Origin: Betaproteobacteria bacterium
Lineage (GTDB): Bacteria > Pseudomonadota > Gammaproteobacteria > Burkholderiales > Burkholderiaceae_C
Reading direction: 5' to 3'
Assembly: GCA_031394895.1 (NCBI GenBank)
Contig: JANNUE010000078.1
Span: forward strand, 3,807 to 67,806
Length of the DNA stretch: 64,000 nt
Below the pieces are notes generated by a model. It had not been told where the DNA came from, ran no database searches, and was given only the letters and a program-made list of their open reading frames with translations. Of this stretch, positions 1 to 10,433 are shown piece after piece. The translations under genes were made by a program, and so were the position numbers. Numbering within the stretch: the stretch's first letter is position 1; each line of letters starts with the position of its first letter.

Positions 1-876
1 TATGCGCTGGCGCAGGGACTCAATAGGTTCAAACGCTTCCGCGGTTGACATCGCCACCGACACGTACCAACCCGCCACTGGAACGCGTTTGACCGATCCG
101 AGTACCTCCACGCCAAGCGGGTTGACGTAAATTTCCGTGCCCTCAAAACCGGCCACAAAGCGGTCTATCATGGTGTTCACACCGGGCGCCGGCTGCGCTG
201 CCATGACGCGGTTTCGGTAGCTCGACGCCACCACCAGCCGGTGCTGCGGCGCGACTAGCAAATAGCCGCCAGACTTGCCGTACGGTATGGTGTTGAGCCG
301 TTGCAGAAAGTCGGCCTTGTTCAGGTCGATAACCCCGGCCAGCGCGCCCATGACTTTACCTTGACCGTCCCGAATCGGCACTGTGATCGGAAGAATTGGT
401 ACTTTCATCACCAGGCCGATAACCGGTTGTCCGATCGATGATTTGCCCTGTAGCGCATTGGCGATGGATTCCCGGTCCAGCAAATTGACGCCCAGTCGTT
501 GCACCGCGCTTGGTATGGAAGCGATGACGATGCCGTTAAGTCCGGTAACAAAGACACCTCCATCAAACAGGCTGGAAAAGAACGGGCGTTGTTCCAGAAC
601 TTTCTGCACCGCACCGGGGCTGCCCAGAACTGCCGGGTCAAAGCCTGCAGCCACGTTTTCCAATGCTTCCAGCCGCTCAGCCAATTCCTGATCCACGCCC
701 GACGCGATGATGGAGGCGGTCGAGAACTGCTGCTTGCTGAGCAGCGATCGCAAATCCTCGCGCAGCATATAACTGGTGAAATACGACAGCGACCAGATGC
801 TGAGCAGCAAGACGCCGACCGTAAAGACGGTAATTTTTGTCCTGAGCGAGCGCGAATGAAAGAAAAAGAAATTCAT
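1..876 (-). CDS. Membrane sensor protein with periplasmic Cache-like domain (N-terminal part; output domain lies off-window)
   Basis: Manual translation from ATG at 876: MNFFFFHSRSLRTKITVFTVGVLLLSIWSLSYF (TM helix), then a Cache-like periplasmic region; appears to run off the window edge, so absent from the ORF track. Confidence 0.7.
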   Translation of the reverse strand, partial: MNFFFFHSRSLRTKITVFTVGVLLLSIWSLSYFTSYMLREDLRSLLSKQQFSTASIIASGVDQELAERLEALENVAAGFDPAVLGSPGAVQKVLEQRPFFSSLFDGGVFVTGLNGIVIASIPSAVQRLGVNLLDRESIANALQGKSSIGQPVIGLVMKVPILPITVPIRDGQGKVMGALAGVIDLNKADFLQRLNTIPYGKSGGYLLVAPQHRLVVASSYRNRVMAAQPAPGVNTMIDRFVAGFEGTEIYVNPLGVEVLGSVKRVPVAGWYVSVAMSTAEAFEPIESLRQRI

Positions 877-1015
877 GCAAGCCTTTGTTTGACCCGTCTG
901 CGCTGGGTCCCTGGTCTGGCGCCACTCTATCATTGTCCAACACGGCTGCCGCGCCGGTACTTTTACAATGCTTGAGCCACATCAGAGCCGACACCGTTAG
1001 AAACCATTGCACTGC

Positions 1016-2173
1016 ATGACCCCACTCCACATCTCGTCCCAATTCGATTCCGGTGCCATCGAGGTGCTCAGCCTGGCCGATGCCGGCGACATTCAACTGG
1101 CCATCCGGCCCGACAACGCCAGTGAATTTGCCCAGTGGTTTCACTTCTGCCTGTACGGTGCGGCCGGGCAGGCGGTGAGCCTGCGCTTCATGAATGCCGG
1201 CGCTTCTTCCTACCCCAAAGGCTGGCACGGCTACCGGGTGGTCGCCAGCTACGACCGGCTGCACTGGTTTCGCATTGCTACACAGTTCGATGGGCAGGTG
1301 ATGACGGCCAGCATCACGCCGCAAACGCAAAGCATTTACTTTGCCTATTTTGAGCCGTTCTCACATGAGCGCCATCTGGACCTGATCGCGTCGGCGGCCA
1401 CCAGCGAGCATGTGGAAGCTCAGCATCTGGGCCAGACGCTCGATGGCCGCGACATGACGTTGCTGCGCATCACCGATGAGCGCAGTGCCACCGCGCTGGT
1501 GCAGAAGAAAAAGGTCTGGCTGATTGCGCGCCAGCATCCGGGCGAAGCGATGGCCGAATGGTTTGTCGAAGGCTTTCTGGAGCGCTTGCTCGACGGTGCT
1601 GATGCGGTGGCGCGCGTGCTGCTGCAGCGCTGTGTGTTTTATGTGGTGCCGAACATGAACCCGGACGGCGCGGTGCGCGGCAACCTGCGCACCAACGCCG
1701 GCGGCGCGAACCTGAACCGCGAATGGCTGGAGCCGAGCATGCAGCGCTCACCCGAAGTCTGGCTGGTGCGGCAGAAGATGATGCAAGTGGGTGTTGACCT
1801 CAGCCTCGATGCCCATGGCGACGAAGTCCTGCCATACAACTTCTGCGTCGGCTCTGAGGGCGTGCCCGGCTATACGCCGGCGCGCGAGGCGCTGGAAAAT
1901 GGCTTCAAGAACGCATGGCAGACCAGTTGTCCGGACTTTCAAACCGCGCAGGGCTATGGCCGGGTCGCGCCCGGTGAAGCCAATCTGGCGCTGGCCACCA
2001 ACTGGATCGCACAGACCTTTGGCTGCCTGGCTTTCACGATCGAGATGCCATTCAAGGACAACGCCGATTTGCCGGATGAAGACGCCGGTTGGAGCGGCGA
2101 GCGCTCGTGCAAACTCGGCGCCAGCGTGCTGCTGCCGATATTGGCGGTGCTGGAGCAGTTACGCTTACCATGA
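1016..2173 (+). CDS. M14-family zinc carboxypeptidase (cytosolic carboxypeptidase-like)
   Basis: RQHPGE zinc motif, NMNPDG, NLNREW, DAHGDE, IEMPF; N-terminal FDSG..WFHF domain. Confidence 0.9.
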   Translation: MTPLHISSQFDSGAIEVLSLADAGDIQLAIRPDNASEFAQWFHFCLYGAAGQAVSLRFMNAGASSYPKGWHGYRVVASYDRLHWFRIATQFDGQVMTASITPQTQSIYFAYFEPFSHERHLDLIASAATSEHVEAQHLGQTLDGRDMTLLRITDERSATALVQKKKVWLIARQHPGEAMAEWFVEGFLERLLDGADAVARVLLQRCVFYVVPNMNPDGAVRGNLRTNAGGANLNREWLEPSMQRSPEVWLVRQKMMQVGVDLSLDAHGDEVLPYNFCVGSEGVPGYTPAREALENGFKNAWQTSCPDFQTAQGYGRVAPGEANLALATNWIAQTFGCLAFTIEMPFKDNADLPDEDAGWSGERSCKLGASVLLPILAVLEQLRLP

Positions 2174-2198
2174 ACCTTATGCCGGACACAACAATTTC

Positions 2199-2282
2199 GT
2201 CATTGCGAGGAGGTGCAGCCGACGTGGCAATCCATGCACCCGGAAGTCATGGATTGCCACGGCCTGGCGGCCTCGCAGTGAC
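2199..2282. repeat. CGTC-type REP doublet (nested palindrome)
   Basis: GTCATTGCGAGG...CCTCGCAGTGAC outer arms; CGTGGCAATCCATG/CATGGATTGCCACG inner arms; related copies at 27006, 31066 and 42440. Confidence 0.85.
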
Positions 2283-2321
2283 CGCATTTTCGGGTCTTGA
2301 ACTTTTTATGTCGCTAACCCT

Positions 2322-3224
2322 ATGACAGACGACCAACATCCAGCGAAATTTCGCCGCGCCGCGCCGCCACCGGGGCGCTTGCCGTCCGCGTCAGCGGGTG
2401 CCACCAACGCCAGCGGCACGCTGCGTCTGAACAAGCGCATGGCCGAGCTCGGGCTGGCCTCGCGCCGTGAAGCCGACGCGTGGATCGAGCAGGGCTGGGT
2501 CAAGGTTGATGGCGAAGTGGCCACCATGGGCATGCAGGTCAAGCCCGATGTGCGCATTGAAATACACAAGCAGGCGCAGGGCCAGCAGGCCAACCAGGTG
2601 ACCATTTTGCTGAACAAGCCGATGGGCATCGTCAGCGGCCAGGCCGAAGACGGGCACTTGCCGGCGATCACGCTGATCCAGCCGCAAAATCGCTGGCAGG
2701 ATGACAACGCGCGCTTCTTCTTCAACCCCCGGCAACTGCAGAGCCTGGTGCCGGCCGGGCGGCTCGACATCGATTCGATTGGCCTCTTGGTGCTGACGCA
2801 GGATGGTCGCGTGGCGCGCCAGTTGATTGGCGAAGACTCGGTGATGGAAAAGGAATATCTGGTGCGGGTCAGCTACACCGGCTTCCAGCAGCCCGACGGC
2901 CAGCCGGACCGGCTGCTGCAGATCAACGAAGGTGATGCGGTCAGCACCAACGTGCAGGCGGTCTTTCCGCCGGAGCGCATGAAGCTGCTGCGGCACGGCC
3001 TCAGTCTGGATGGCCAGGCCTTGAAGCCGGCCAAAGTCGAATGGCAGAACCCGGAACAATTGCGTGTGGTGCTGACCGAGGGCAAGAAGCGCCAGATCAG
3101 GCGCATGTGCGAACTGGTGGGCCTGAAGGTCGTCGGTCTCAAGCGCGTGCGCATCGGCCACGTGATGCTCGGTAATCTGCCGCTGGGCCAGTGGCGCTAT
3201 CTGGCGCCGCATGAGCATTTCTGA
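2322..3224 (+). CDS. RsuA/RluB/RluF-family rRNA pseudouridine synthase
   Basis: S4 domain ([18 protein letters not shown]), LNKP, GRLD catalytic motif, [10 protein letters not shown]. Confidence 0.93.
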   Translation: MTDDQHPAKFRRAAPPPGRLPSASAGATNASGTLRLNKRMAELGLASRREADAWIEQGWVKVDGEVATMGMQVKPDVRIEIHKQAQGQQANQVTILLNKPMGIVSGQAEDGHLPAITLIQPQNRWQDDNARFFFNPRQLQSLVPAGRLDIDSIGLLVLTQDGRVARQLIGEDSVMEKEYLVRVSYTGFQQPDGQPDRLLQINEGDAVSTNVQAVFPPERMKLLRHGLSLDGQALKPAKVEWQNPEQLRVVLTEGKKRQIRRMCELVGLKVVGLKRVRIGHVMLGNLPLGQWRYLAPHEHF

Positions 3225-4501
3225 TGCCGCGTAAGCCCCCCACCCCAAAAAACGCGCTCAAGCATCTGCGCCCAACCGACCTGCGCGCGCTGGCGCAGCT
3301 CGCCACGCAGGCCACGGTCGGTGTCAGCAGCATTGCCGAAGGCGTGCACCAGGCGGTGTGGAGCACGCTGGGCTTTGCCTCCGGCAAGACAGCGGCACAC
3401 AGCCGTGGCATCACCGGTCTGGTCTATCAAAGCGTCAACGGCATTACCCGTCTCGTCGGCAACGCACTGGACGCCGTGTTGGCCCGGCTGCAACCGCTGT
3501 TCGACTGGGTCGAGCGCTCACCCCAGGGCAGCCCCGAGCGCGAAGCGGTGCTGGCGGCACTCAACGGCGTGCTCGGCGACCGACTGGCGGCCAGCAACAA
3601 CCCGCTGGCCACGGTCATGACCTTGCGTTATCGCGGCGCCGCGCTGGACTGGCAGGCGATGCCAGCCATGCCGGATGCCAGCGCCAAGGTATTGCTGATG
3701 CTGCATGGTCTGTGCATGAACGACCTGCAGTGGCAAACCCGCTCGCCGCTCGCGCAGCCGGGGCTGCCAGAACGGCTGCACGACCATGGCGCGCTGGCGG
3801 CCGATGCACTCGGCTGCAGTGCCGTTTATCTGCGCTACAACTCGGGCCGGCACATCTCGCAAAACGGGTTTGAGCTGGCGCAACAACTCGAACTGCTGCT
3901 GGCACATTGGCCAGCACCGCTGCAAGAACTTACGGTGCTGGCGCACAGCATGGGTGGCTTGCTGATTCGTAGCGCGCTGCATCAGGCGCAGCAGGCCGGC
4001 ATGCACTGGCCGGCCGTGCTGAAGAACATCGTGTTTCTGGGCACGCCACATCACGGCGCGCCGCTGGAGCGTGCCGGCAATTGGGTCGATGTGATTCTGG
4101 GTAGCACGCCGTACAGCCGTCCCTTTGCCAAACTGGGCCAACTGCGCAGCGCCGGCATTACCGACCTGCGCTATGGCCTGTTGCTCGACGCCGATTGGCA
4201 GGGCCACGACCGCTTTCGGCGCAAGCCTGACAACCGCCAGGCCGTGCCGTTGCCGGATGGCGTCGCCTGCTATTGCGTGGCCGCCACCACGGCCGCCAAG
4301 CGCAGCCTGCTGGCCGACCGCTTGCTCGGTGACGGCCTGGTGCCGCTGCACAGCGGGCTCGGTCAGCACGATGACGCCAGCCGCAGCCTGGGCTTTGCGA
4401 AAGACCGGCAGTGGATTGCCTATCGCCACGGTCACCTGCAACTGCTGAGCAGCCCGGCGGTGTATGCGCAGATGCTGCAGTGGTTGAAGGGTCCGGCATA
4501 A
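3224..4501 (+). CDS. Alpha/beta hydrolase (PGAP1-like esterase/lipase)
   Basis: LHGL oxyanion region, AHSMGG nucleophile elbow, LGTPHHGA, GDGLVP. Confidence 0.85.
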   Translation: MPRKPPTPKNALKHLRPTDLRALAQLATQATVGVSSIAEGVHQAVWSTLGFASGKTAAHSRGITGLVYQSVNGITRLVGNALDAVLARLQPLFDWVERSPQGSPEREAVLAALNGVLGDRLAASNNPLATVMTLRYRGAALDWQAMPAMPDASAKVLLMLHGLCMNDLQWQTRSPLAQPGLPERLHDHGALAADALGCSAVYLRYNSGRHISQNGFELAQQLELLLAHWPAPLQELTVLAHSMGGLLIRSALHQAQQAGMHWPAVLKNIVFLGTPHHGAPLERAGNWVDVILGSTPYSRPFAKLGQLRSAGITDLRYGLLLDADWQGHDRFRRKPDNRQAVPLPDGVACYCVAATTAAKRSLLADRLLGDGLVPLHSGLGQHDDASRSLGFAKDRQWIAYRHGHLQLLSSPAVYAQMLQWLKGPA

Positions 4502-4568
4502 GCCGACACAGTTCGCGCTCGGCCAGGATGTCGTGTTGCGTAGCCAAAGCAAGTAGCCAAAGCAAGTA

Positions 4569-4608
4569 TTGCCCGATTCGCATTATGCGCATACCATGCG
4601 CATAATGC
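4569..4608 (+). promoter_or_regulatory. ccdAB promoter with palindromic operator
   Basis: TTGCCC-N17-TACCAT overlapped by a perfect 13-bp inverted repeat GCATTATGCGCAT-acc-ATGCGCATAATGC (4580-4608). Confidence 0.7.
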
Positions 4609-4626
4609 CCGTCAACAGGATTCACC

Positions 4627-4875
4627 ATGCATTCCTCAGCCGCACCCGTCCGTAAACGGCCCGTCAATCTCACGCTCAGCGAAAGTTTGGTGGCGCAGGC
4701 CAAAAACTACACCAGCAACCTCTCCGCCACCATGGAGTCGCTGTTGGCCGAGTTTGTGGCACAGCAGCAGCAAACGCACGTGACCCGACAGCAAATGGCT
4801 GATGCTTGCGCCGCAGACTGGAACGCCGTGCATGCTGGCGTGGGTTCTTTCGCCGACGAACATTCGACCCTGTGA
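4627..4875 (+). CDS. ccdA: CcdA-family antitoxin
   Basis: RKRPVNLTLSESLV...NLSATMESLL RHH-like N-terminus; W..N...GSFADEHSTL C-terminus; 82 aa; overlaps the toxin start. Confidence 0.88.
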   Translation: MHSSAAPVRKRPVNLTLSESLVAQAKNYTSNLSATMESLLAEFVAQQQQTHVTRQQMADACAADWNAVHAGVGSFADEHSTL

Positions 4876-5204
4876 TAGCACAGTTTGACGTGCATCGCAA
4901 CCGGGGGCCGCTGCGCGAGTCGATTCCATTTGTGGTGTTGGTGCAGTCTTCGCAGTTTGACCGTTACCGTCGGCGCGTGGTAGTGCCGCTGGTGCGCCGC
5001 AGTGCTCTGCCTGGTAACACACCCACTGTGGGTTCACGCATGAACCCCGCGTTTCAGGTGGAGGACGTGGAGGTGGTACTGCATCCGCTGGATATGGTGT
5101 CGGTCGCCCTGGATCAACTTGGAGAACACATCGGTACGTTGGCTGATCATGGCCAGTCGATTGCCGACGCCATCGACGAGCTGCTCACCCGATCCTGGGG
5201 CTGA
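4872..5204 (+). CDS. ccdB: CcdB-family toxin (gyrase poison)
   Basis: GTGA start/stop overlap with ccdA; AQFDVHRN, P.VVLVQS, RRVVVPLV, RMNP.F, IADAIDELL. Confidence 0.88.
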   Translation: MIAQFDVHRNRGPLRESIPFVVLVQSSQFDRYRRRVVVPLVRRSALPGNTPTVGSRMNPAFQVEDVEVVLHPLDMVSVALDQLGEHIGTLADHGQSIADAIDELLTRSWG

Positions 5205-5317
5205 GACAGCGTCCACTGCGGGCTGCCGAGTCTTGAAAGCCGGCGCATCGCCCATAATTGCAGGGTTTCCGTAGCGCCACTGTGGCGCGATTCTTTTTTC
5301 AGACTCCAACCATTCCC

Positions 5318-7303
5318 ATGACCAAACAAACTCTTTCCTTTCAGGCCGAAGTTGCGCAACTGCTGCATCTGGTGACGCACTCGTTGTACTCGAACAAGGA
5401 GATCTTTCTGCGCGAGCTGATCTCCAACGCATCGGATGCCTGCGACAAGCTGCGTTACGAGGCCATTAACGACAGCGGCCTGTATGAAGATGCGCCGAAC
5501 CTTGAAGTGCGGGTCTCGTTTGACCCCGACGCCAAAACGCTGACGATCACCGACAACGGCATTGGCATGAGCGCGCAGGAAGCGATAGAGCACCTGGGCA
5601 CCATTGCCAAGAGCGGCACCAAGGACTTTGTCGCCAAGCTCAGCGGTGACCAGAAGGCCGACTCGCAACTGATCGGCCAGTTTGGCGTCGGTTTTTATTC
5701 CGGCTTTATCGTTGCCGACAAGATCAGCGTCGAGTCGCGCCGCGCCGGCATGAAAGTGGAGGAGGGCGTGCGCTGGGTCAGCGGCGGCGCCGGCGACTTT
5801 GAAGTTGAAACCATCACGCGCGCCGCGCGCGGCACCAGCGTCACGCTGCATCTGCGCGACGACTCGCTGGACTACGCCAACGCATGGAAGGTCAAGGGCA
5901 TCATCGGAAAATACTCTGACCACATCAGCCTGCCGATCCTGATGGAAAAAGAAGAGTGGAAAGACGGCGAGCTTATCAATGCTAGCGACGAGAACGGTGG
6001 CCGCCAGCCCGGCGCCATGGTCACGACCGGTGAGTGGGAAGCGGTCAACAAGGGCAATGCGATCTGGGCCCGCGCCAAGAAGGACATCACGCCCGAGCAG
6101 TACACCGAGTTCTACAAGCAGATCAGCCACGACTTCGAGGCGCCACTGGCGCACACGCACAACCGGGTCGAGGGCAGCACCGAGTACACGCAACTGCTGT
6201 ACCTGCCGGCCAAGGCGCCGATGGACCTGTGGAACCGCGACAAGAAGGGCGGCGTCAAGCTCTACGTCAAGCGCGTCTTCATCATGGACGACGCCGAGGC
6301 GCTGCTGCCGACCTATCTGCGTTTCGTCAAAGGCGTGATCGACTCGGCCGACCTGCCGCTCAACGTCAGCCGCGAACTGCTGCAGGAAAGCCGCGACGTC
6401 AAGGCCATTCGCGAAGGCTGTACCAAGCGCGTGCTGGGCATGCTGGAAGACCTGGCCAAGCATGACAAGGTGGCCGAGCCAACTGTCGCTGAAGGCGTGA
6501 CCGATGTGCTCAGCGCGGAGGATAAAGCCGAGGCCGAGGCCAATGCCGGCAAATACACCGCGTTCTACGCCGAGTTTGGCGCCGTGCTAAAGGAAGGCCT
6601 GGGCGAAGACTTTGCCAACAAGGATCGCCTGGCCAAGCTGTTGCGCTTTGCTTCCAGCACCACGGATACGGTCAGCGTCAGCTTTGCCGACTACAAGGCA
6701 CGCATGAAAGAAGGCCAGGAAGCGATTTACTACATCACCGCCGACACGCTGGCGGCAGCCAAGAACAGCCCGCAGCTCGAAGTGTTCAAGAAAAAAGGCA
6801 TTGAAGTGCTGCTGATGACTGATCGCGTGGACGAGTGGGCGCTGAACTTTTTGCACGACTTTGACGGCACGCCGCTGCAAAGCGTGGCCAAGGGTGCGGT
6901 CGATCTGGGCAAGCTGCAAGACGATGCCGAGAAGAAAGCTGCCGAAGAGGCAGCCGAAGCCTTCAAGCCGCTGCTGGCCAAACTGAAAGAAGCGTTGAAA
7001 GACAAGGCGGAAGACGTGCGCGTCACAACCCGTCTGGTGGACAGCCCGGCCTGTCTGGTGGTGCAGGACCACGGCATGAGCACGCAGCTCGCGCGCATGC
7101 TCAAGCAGGCCGGCCAGGCCGCGCCGGAGGTGAAGCCGGTGCTCGAAGTCAACGCCGAACACCCGCTGGTGAAAAAGCTCGACGGCTCAGTCCACTTCCA
7201 TGACCTGGCGCACATCCTGTTTGACCAGGCGCTGCTGGCCGAAGGCGGGATGCCGGCCGACCCAGCGGCGTATGTGAAGCGCGTCAATGCGCTGCTGGTG
7301 TAG
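5318..7303 (+). CDS. htpG: Chaperone HtpG (Hsp90)
   Basis: [57 protein letters not shown]. Confidence 0.98.
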   Translation: MTKQTLSFQAEVAQLLHLVTHSLYSNKEIFLRELISNASDACDKLRYEAINDSGLYEDAPNLEVRVSFDPDAKTLTITDNGIGMSAQEAIEHLGTIAKSGTKDFVAKLSGDQKADSQLIGQFGVGFYSGFIVADKISVESRRAGMKVEEGVRWVSGGAGDFEVETITRAARGTSVTLHLRDDSLDYANAWKVKGIIGKYSDHISLPILMEKEEWKDGELINASDENGGRQPGAMVTTGEWEAVNKGNAIWARAKKDITPEQYTEFYKQISHDFEAPLAHTHNRVEGSTEYTQLLYLPAKAPMDLWNRDKKGGVKLYVKRVFIMDDAEALLPTYLRFVKGVIDSADLPLNVSRELLQESRDVKAIREGCTKRVLGMLEDLAKHDKVAEPTVAEGVTDVLSAEDKAEAEANAGKYTAFYAEFGAVLKEGLGEDFANKDRLAKLLRFASSTTDTVSVSFADYKARMKEGQEAIYYITADTLAAAKNSPQLEVFKKKGIEVLLMTDRVDEWALNFLHDFDGTPLQSVAKGAVDLGKLQDDAEKKAAEEAAEAFKPLLAKLKEALKDKAEDVRVTTRLVDSPACLVVQDHGMSTQLARMLKQAGQAAPEVKPVLEVNAEHPLVKKLDGSVHFHDLAHILFDQALLAEGGMPADPAAYVKRVNALLV

Positions 7304-7320
7304 TTTTTGACTCCGAGTGG

Positions 7321-8034
7321 CTAATGCGATTCAGTGCCCCAATCCAGACTGGGGAATTTCCCCAGTGCGCCCATTCTTGACAGCCCACTTGAGCGCAGCC
7401 ATTCCTGCAGTCTTGCGGTCAGTTTTGGGTCGCCCATCACTTTGACATCGCCGCAGCGCACGGCATCACGAAACTCCTGCTGGCAAGTCCAGATTGCGGT
7501 CATTGTTCGCAGGGAGCACTGGATGACAATATCGACACCATGACCGGTGTCAGTCAGACACAAATCAATCTCGCCATTTTCCGCAATAAGCCACCAGTCC
7601 CGAGACCCTGAGGGTGCATCGGGATACTCGAACTGCACGACGATGCGTTTCTGCGGAAAAACCGTTGGGTCTATGCTTCTGCGCATGTCCCACATCAGCA
7701 AGCCGGCGTCCAAATCTTCAGCGTTCAAACTGGAACGAACCCAACGGTGGCCCCATACACCCAGCAACTCTACGATTGGGCGCAACTCCAGCCCGGCAGG
7801 CGTCAGGATGTAAGAGGGATTGTCACTGTCAACGTCATGGGTAAGTAGCCCGGCCTTCATCAACTGCCTGAGCCGCGTTGACAGCAGTGTTGGAGACATA
7901 TGTGGCGCTCCCCGTTGCAACTCGTTAAATCGGGTGCTGCCGGCAAGCAGTTCCCGCACGATGATCAGGGTCCAGCGCTCGCACAGCAATTGGGTGGCCT
8001 GGGCCAGGGGGCAGAACTGACCATAGGGTTTCAT
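7321..8034 (-). CDS. HxlR-family winged-helix regulator with C-terminal SCP2-like domain
   Basis: YGQFCPLAQA..ERWTLIIVRELL..RFNELQRG..SPTLLS.RL; C-terminal WWLI..GEIDLC..D.G domain. Confidence 0.85.
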   Translation of the reverse strand: MKPYGQFCPLAQATQLLCERWTLIIVRELLAGSTRFNELQRGAPHMSPTLLSTRLRQLMKAGLLTHDVDSDNPSYILTPAGLELRPIVELLGVWGHRWVRSSLNAEDLDAGLLMWDMRRSIDPTVFPQKRIVVQFEYPDAPSGSRDWWLIAENGEIDLCLTDTGHGVDIVIQCSLRTMTAIWTCQQEFRDAVRCGDVKVMGDPKLTARLQEWLRSSGLSRMGALGKFPSLDWGTESH

Positions 8035-8189
8035 GGGATTTCCTTCAGGACGAGCACTTGATCAATGCAACGCCAGCGGCACTACAGATTTTGTACTGGC
8101 GAAAGCCAGCAAGCGATAGTACGCTGGTGCAGCTTTTGTTGCTGGCAAGGCAATTGAAGCGATGTTCCTCAACTTGATGGAGATAAAAA

Positions 8190-8549
8190 ATGACGACTAC
8201 TCTTTACGACAGGCTTGGCGGAACAAATGGCATCACCAAACTCGCACACGATCTTGTGGACTTGCATTTGGTGAACAAAGCCATTTCCTCGCGATTTGCC
8301 AAATCCGATGTGGCTGCATTGAAGAATGCCGCTGCAACCTTCTTTATTTCGGGAACAGGAGGGCCCAACGTTTACAAGGGCAAGGATATATTGACGGCAC
8401 ACAAGGGGATGAATATCTCTGCTGTCGAATTCATGGCTGTGCTGGATGATGCTTTGGCCGCAATGGAGAAAAATGGTGTTGCGCAACGCGAACAGGAGGA
8501 AGTGCTGTTTGTCTTTTACAGCATGCGCTCTCAAGTTGTTCTTGTTTGA
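8190..8549 (+). CDS. Group I truncated haemoglobin (GlbN-like)
   Basis: TLYDRLGG, GGPNVYKG, AHKGMNIS..EF proximal His motif; 119 aa. Confidence 0.9.
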   Translation: MTTTLYDRLGGTNGITKLAHDLVDLHLVNKAISSRFAKSDVAALKNAAATFFISGTGGPNVYKGKDILTAHKGMNISAVEFMAVLDDALAAMEKNGVAQREQEEVLFVFYSMRSQVVLV

Positions 8550-8569
8550 CCAGTTTGGGTCGACAGCGC

Positions 8570-8660
8570 GCAGGAGCGTCAGTCCGGCCAAAATATCGTC
8601 CTGGGTGCGGTAGCCGCCAAAGGCTTTGATGTCGTGCTCGCGCACGATGGGGAACATGCG
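8570..8660 (-). pseudogene. Relic resembling the C-terminus of a type IIG (Eco57I-like) restriction-methyltransferase
   Basis: Translates FPIVREHDIKAFGGYRTQDDIL, resembling the FPIV.....FG.YRT...IL tail recalled for these enzymes; no gene body upstream. Confidence 0.5.
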
Positions 8661-8678
8661 CAGGGTAGCTGCCATTGA

Positions 8679-9533
8679 TCAGGGGCGGCCGGCGCGCTTG
8701 GGCCAGCCGACCACGATGCCTATGCCGGTCAGAATCAACAGCGAACAAAGCACCAGCCGGGCGCTGACCGGCTCCGCCAGCAACGCCACGCCGCCGATCG
8801 TGGCCAGTACCGGCACGCTGAGCTGAACCGTTGCGGCAGAAGTTGCCGGCAATTGCGGCAGCGCCGCGTACCAGATGGCGTAGCCCACGCCGGATGCCAG
8901 CGCGCCCGAGGCAATAGCCAGCCACACGCCAGCGGGTTGGAATGCGATCTGCTCATGCATGATCGCCACCAGCATGAACCCCAGCAGCGCGGCGCGCGCA
9001 AAGTTGCCGGCGGTTGCCAGCGTAGCGTTGCCCTGGCGTTTGCCACGCAGGGAATAAATGCCCCAGGCGACGCCGGCCGCCACCATCAAAGCCGAACTGC
9101 CCAGCGGCGGAGCCTGCAGGTTGGGCGACAGCAGCGCCACCAAGCCGGCGAATGCCAGCAGGAAGCCGAACCACTGCCACGCGCGCAGGCGCTCGCCAGC
9201 AACCAGGCCGTAACCGATCATCGTGATCTGCACGCTGCTGAATAACACCAGTGCACCGGTGGCCGCAGGCAGTTGGAGATAGGCGTAGGAAAAGCCGGCC
9301 GCATAGGCAAACAGTGCCAGCGCCGAACCCCAACTGCCTTCGCGCACGCTCCCAGCATGGCGCCAGCGCGCGATCAACCCAAGTGCGATGGCGCCAGACA
9401 GCAGACGGATGGCGGTGAAGCTGCCGGCATCGATATGCGAATTTTTCAGGGCCAGGCGGCACAGCAGGGAATTCGCGGCAAAGGCCAGCATGGCAAACAC
9501 AACCAGTAGCGCGGTTCGATTGAATATTTTCAA
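8679..9533 (-). CDS. DMT/EamA-family transporter
   Basis: About 10 hydrophobic helices; AFAANSLLCRLAL, AATVQLSVP. Confidence 0.88.
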   Translation of the reverse strand: MKIFNRTALLVVFAMLAFAANSLLCRLALKNSHIDAGSFTAIRLLSGAIALGLIARWRHAGSVREGSWGSALALFAYAAGFSYAYLQLPAATGALVLFSSVQITMIGYGLVAGERLRAWQWFGFLLAFAGLVALLSPNLQAPPLGSSALMVAAGVAWGIYSLRGKRQGNATLATAGNFARAALLGFMLVAIMHEQIAFQPAGVWLAIASGALASGVGYAIWYAALPQLPATSAATVQLSVPVLATIGGVALLAEPVSARLVLCSLLILTGIGIVVGWPKRAGRP

Positions 9534-9775
9534 AGTTCTCTCGCAGGTACAGGCCGCAAGTCATCGACTGCGACGAAGGGCATTGTGTGCCTTCTTGCGC
9601 AGCTTCGTCAGAGTCGCTGCGAATAGCCACCGCGAATAGTTCTGCTGTGGGCTGACGCGCATTAGCCCGTCACTGGCGCCTTCCCGAGTGCGATGGCATC
9701 AAACTGGCGAGCGACCTGCGCGCTGCATTTTCAGGCTTCACCAAACGGCAGTCGGCACTCGCTTTGTCACCCCAA

Positions 9776-10087
9776 TCAAATCGGAATTTCGTACGCCTGG
9801 TTGCTGCGTACCCAGGTCGCCAGACCAGCCTTGATGTTCTTCACGCGCCAGGCGGCGAAGGCCGGATCGCTGTTGATGCCGTCCATCGCTGCGCCCAATT
9901 TAGCGGCTGAATCAAAGCGCAGCATGAAGGCCAGATTGCCCACTTCACCGACCTGCACCGCCCACAGGCTGACGTTGGCTCCGTGCTTGCGCCACAACTC
10001 GGCCGATTCCTTGATCAAGCCCATCAGCGTTGGCATATCAGCGCCCTGGGTTGGCGTAAACACATACTGGACAATCATTTGTGACAT
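9776..10087 (-). CDS. Small NIPSNAP/dimeric alpha-beta barrel-like protein
   Basis: 103-aa ORF with AGGAA RBS; WRKHGA..W....GE and DPAFAAW pattern. Confidence 0.55.
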   Translation of the reverse strand: MSQMIVQYVFTPTQGADMPTLMGLIKESAELWRKHGANVSLWAVQVGEVGNLAFMLRFDSAAKLGAAMDGINSDPAFAAWRVKNIKAGLATWVRSNQAYEIPI

Positions 10088-10433
10088 GGCAGTTTCCTAT
10101 TATGGTTTTGGTGCCCACAGAGCCGCGGACCAGGCTGTCAGGTTTCTGACCGTTGCAGTGTCAATCTTTTCAAAGACCCTGCCACAGCAAGTGTCAAGCC
10201 GCTGGCGCCGCACCGTCCGAGTCGCCGGCGCGAGCACGCGTCGCCGCAGAACTGAGCCGTCAGCGCTGCGCGACCAGGCGTTGCCGCGCTGTCACGCCGT
10301 GAGCTGAAAGTCATGCGCGGTCAAGCGTGGTTGCATTGAAAACTCCCGTGACGAAAGAAGAAGCAAGGATGGGAAGGTGCGAGCAAATTGGACACCGGCG
10401 CAGGGCACTCGGTGCGTCCGCTCAGGAATATCC

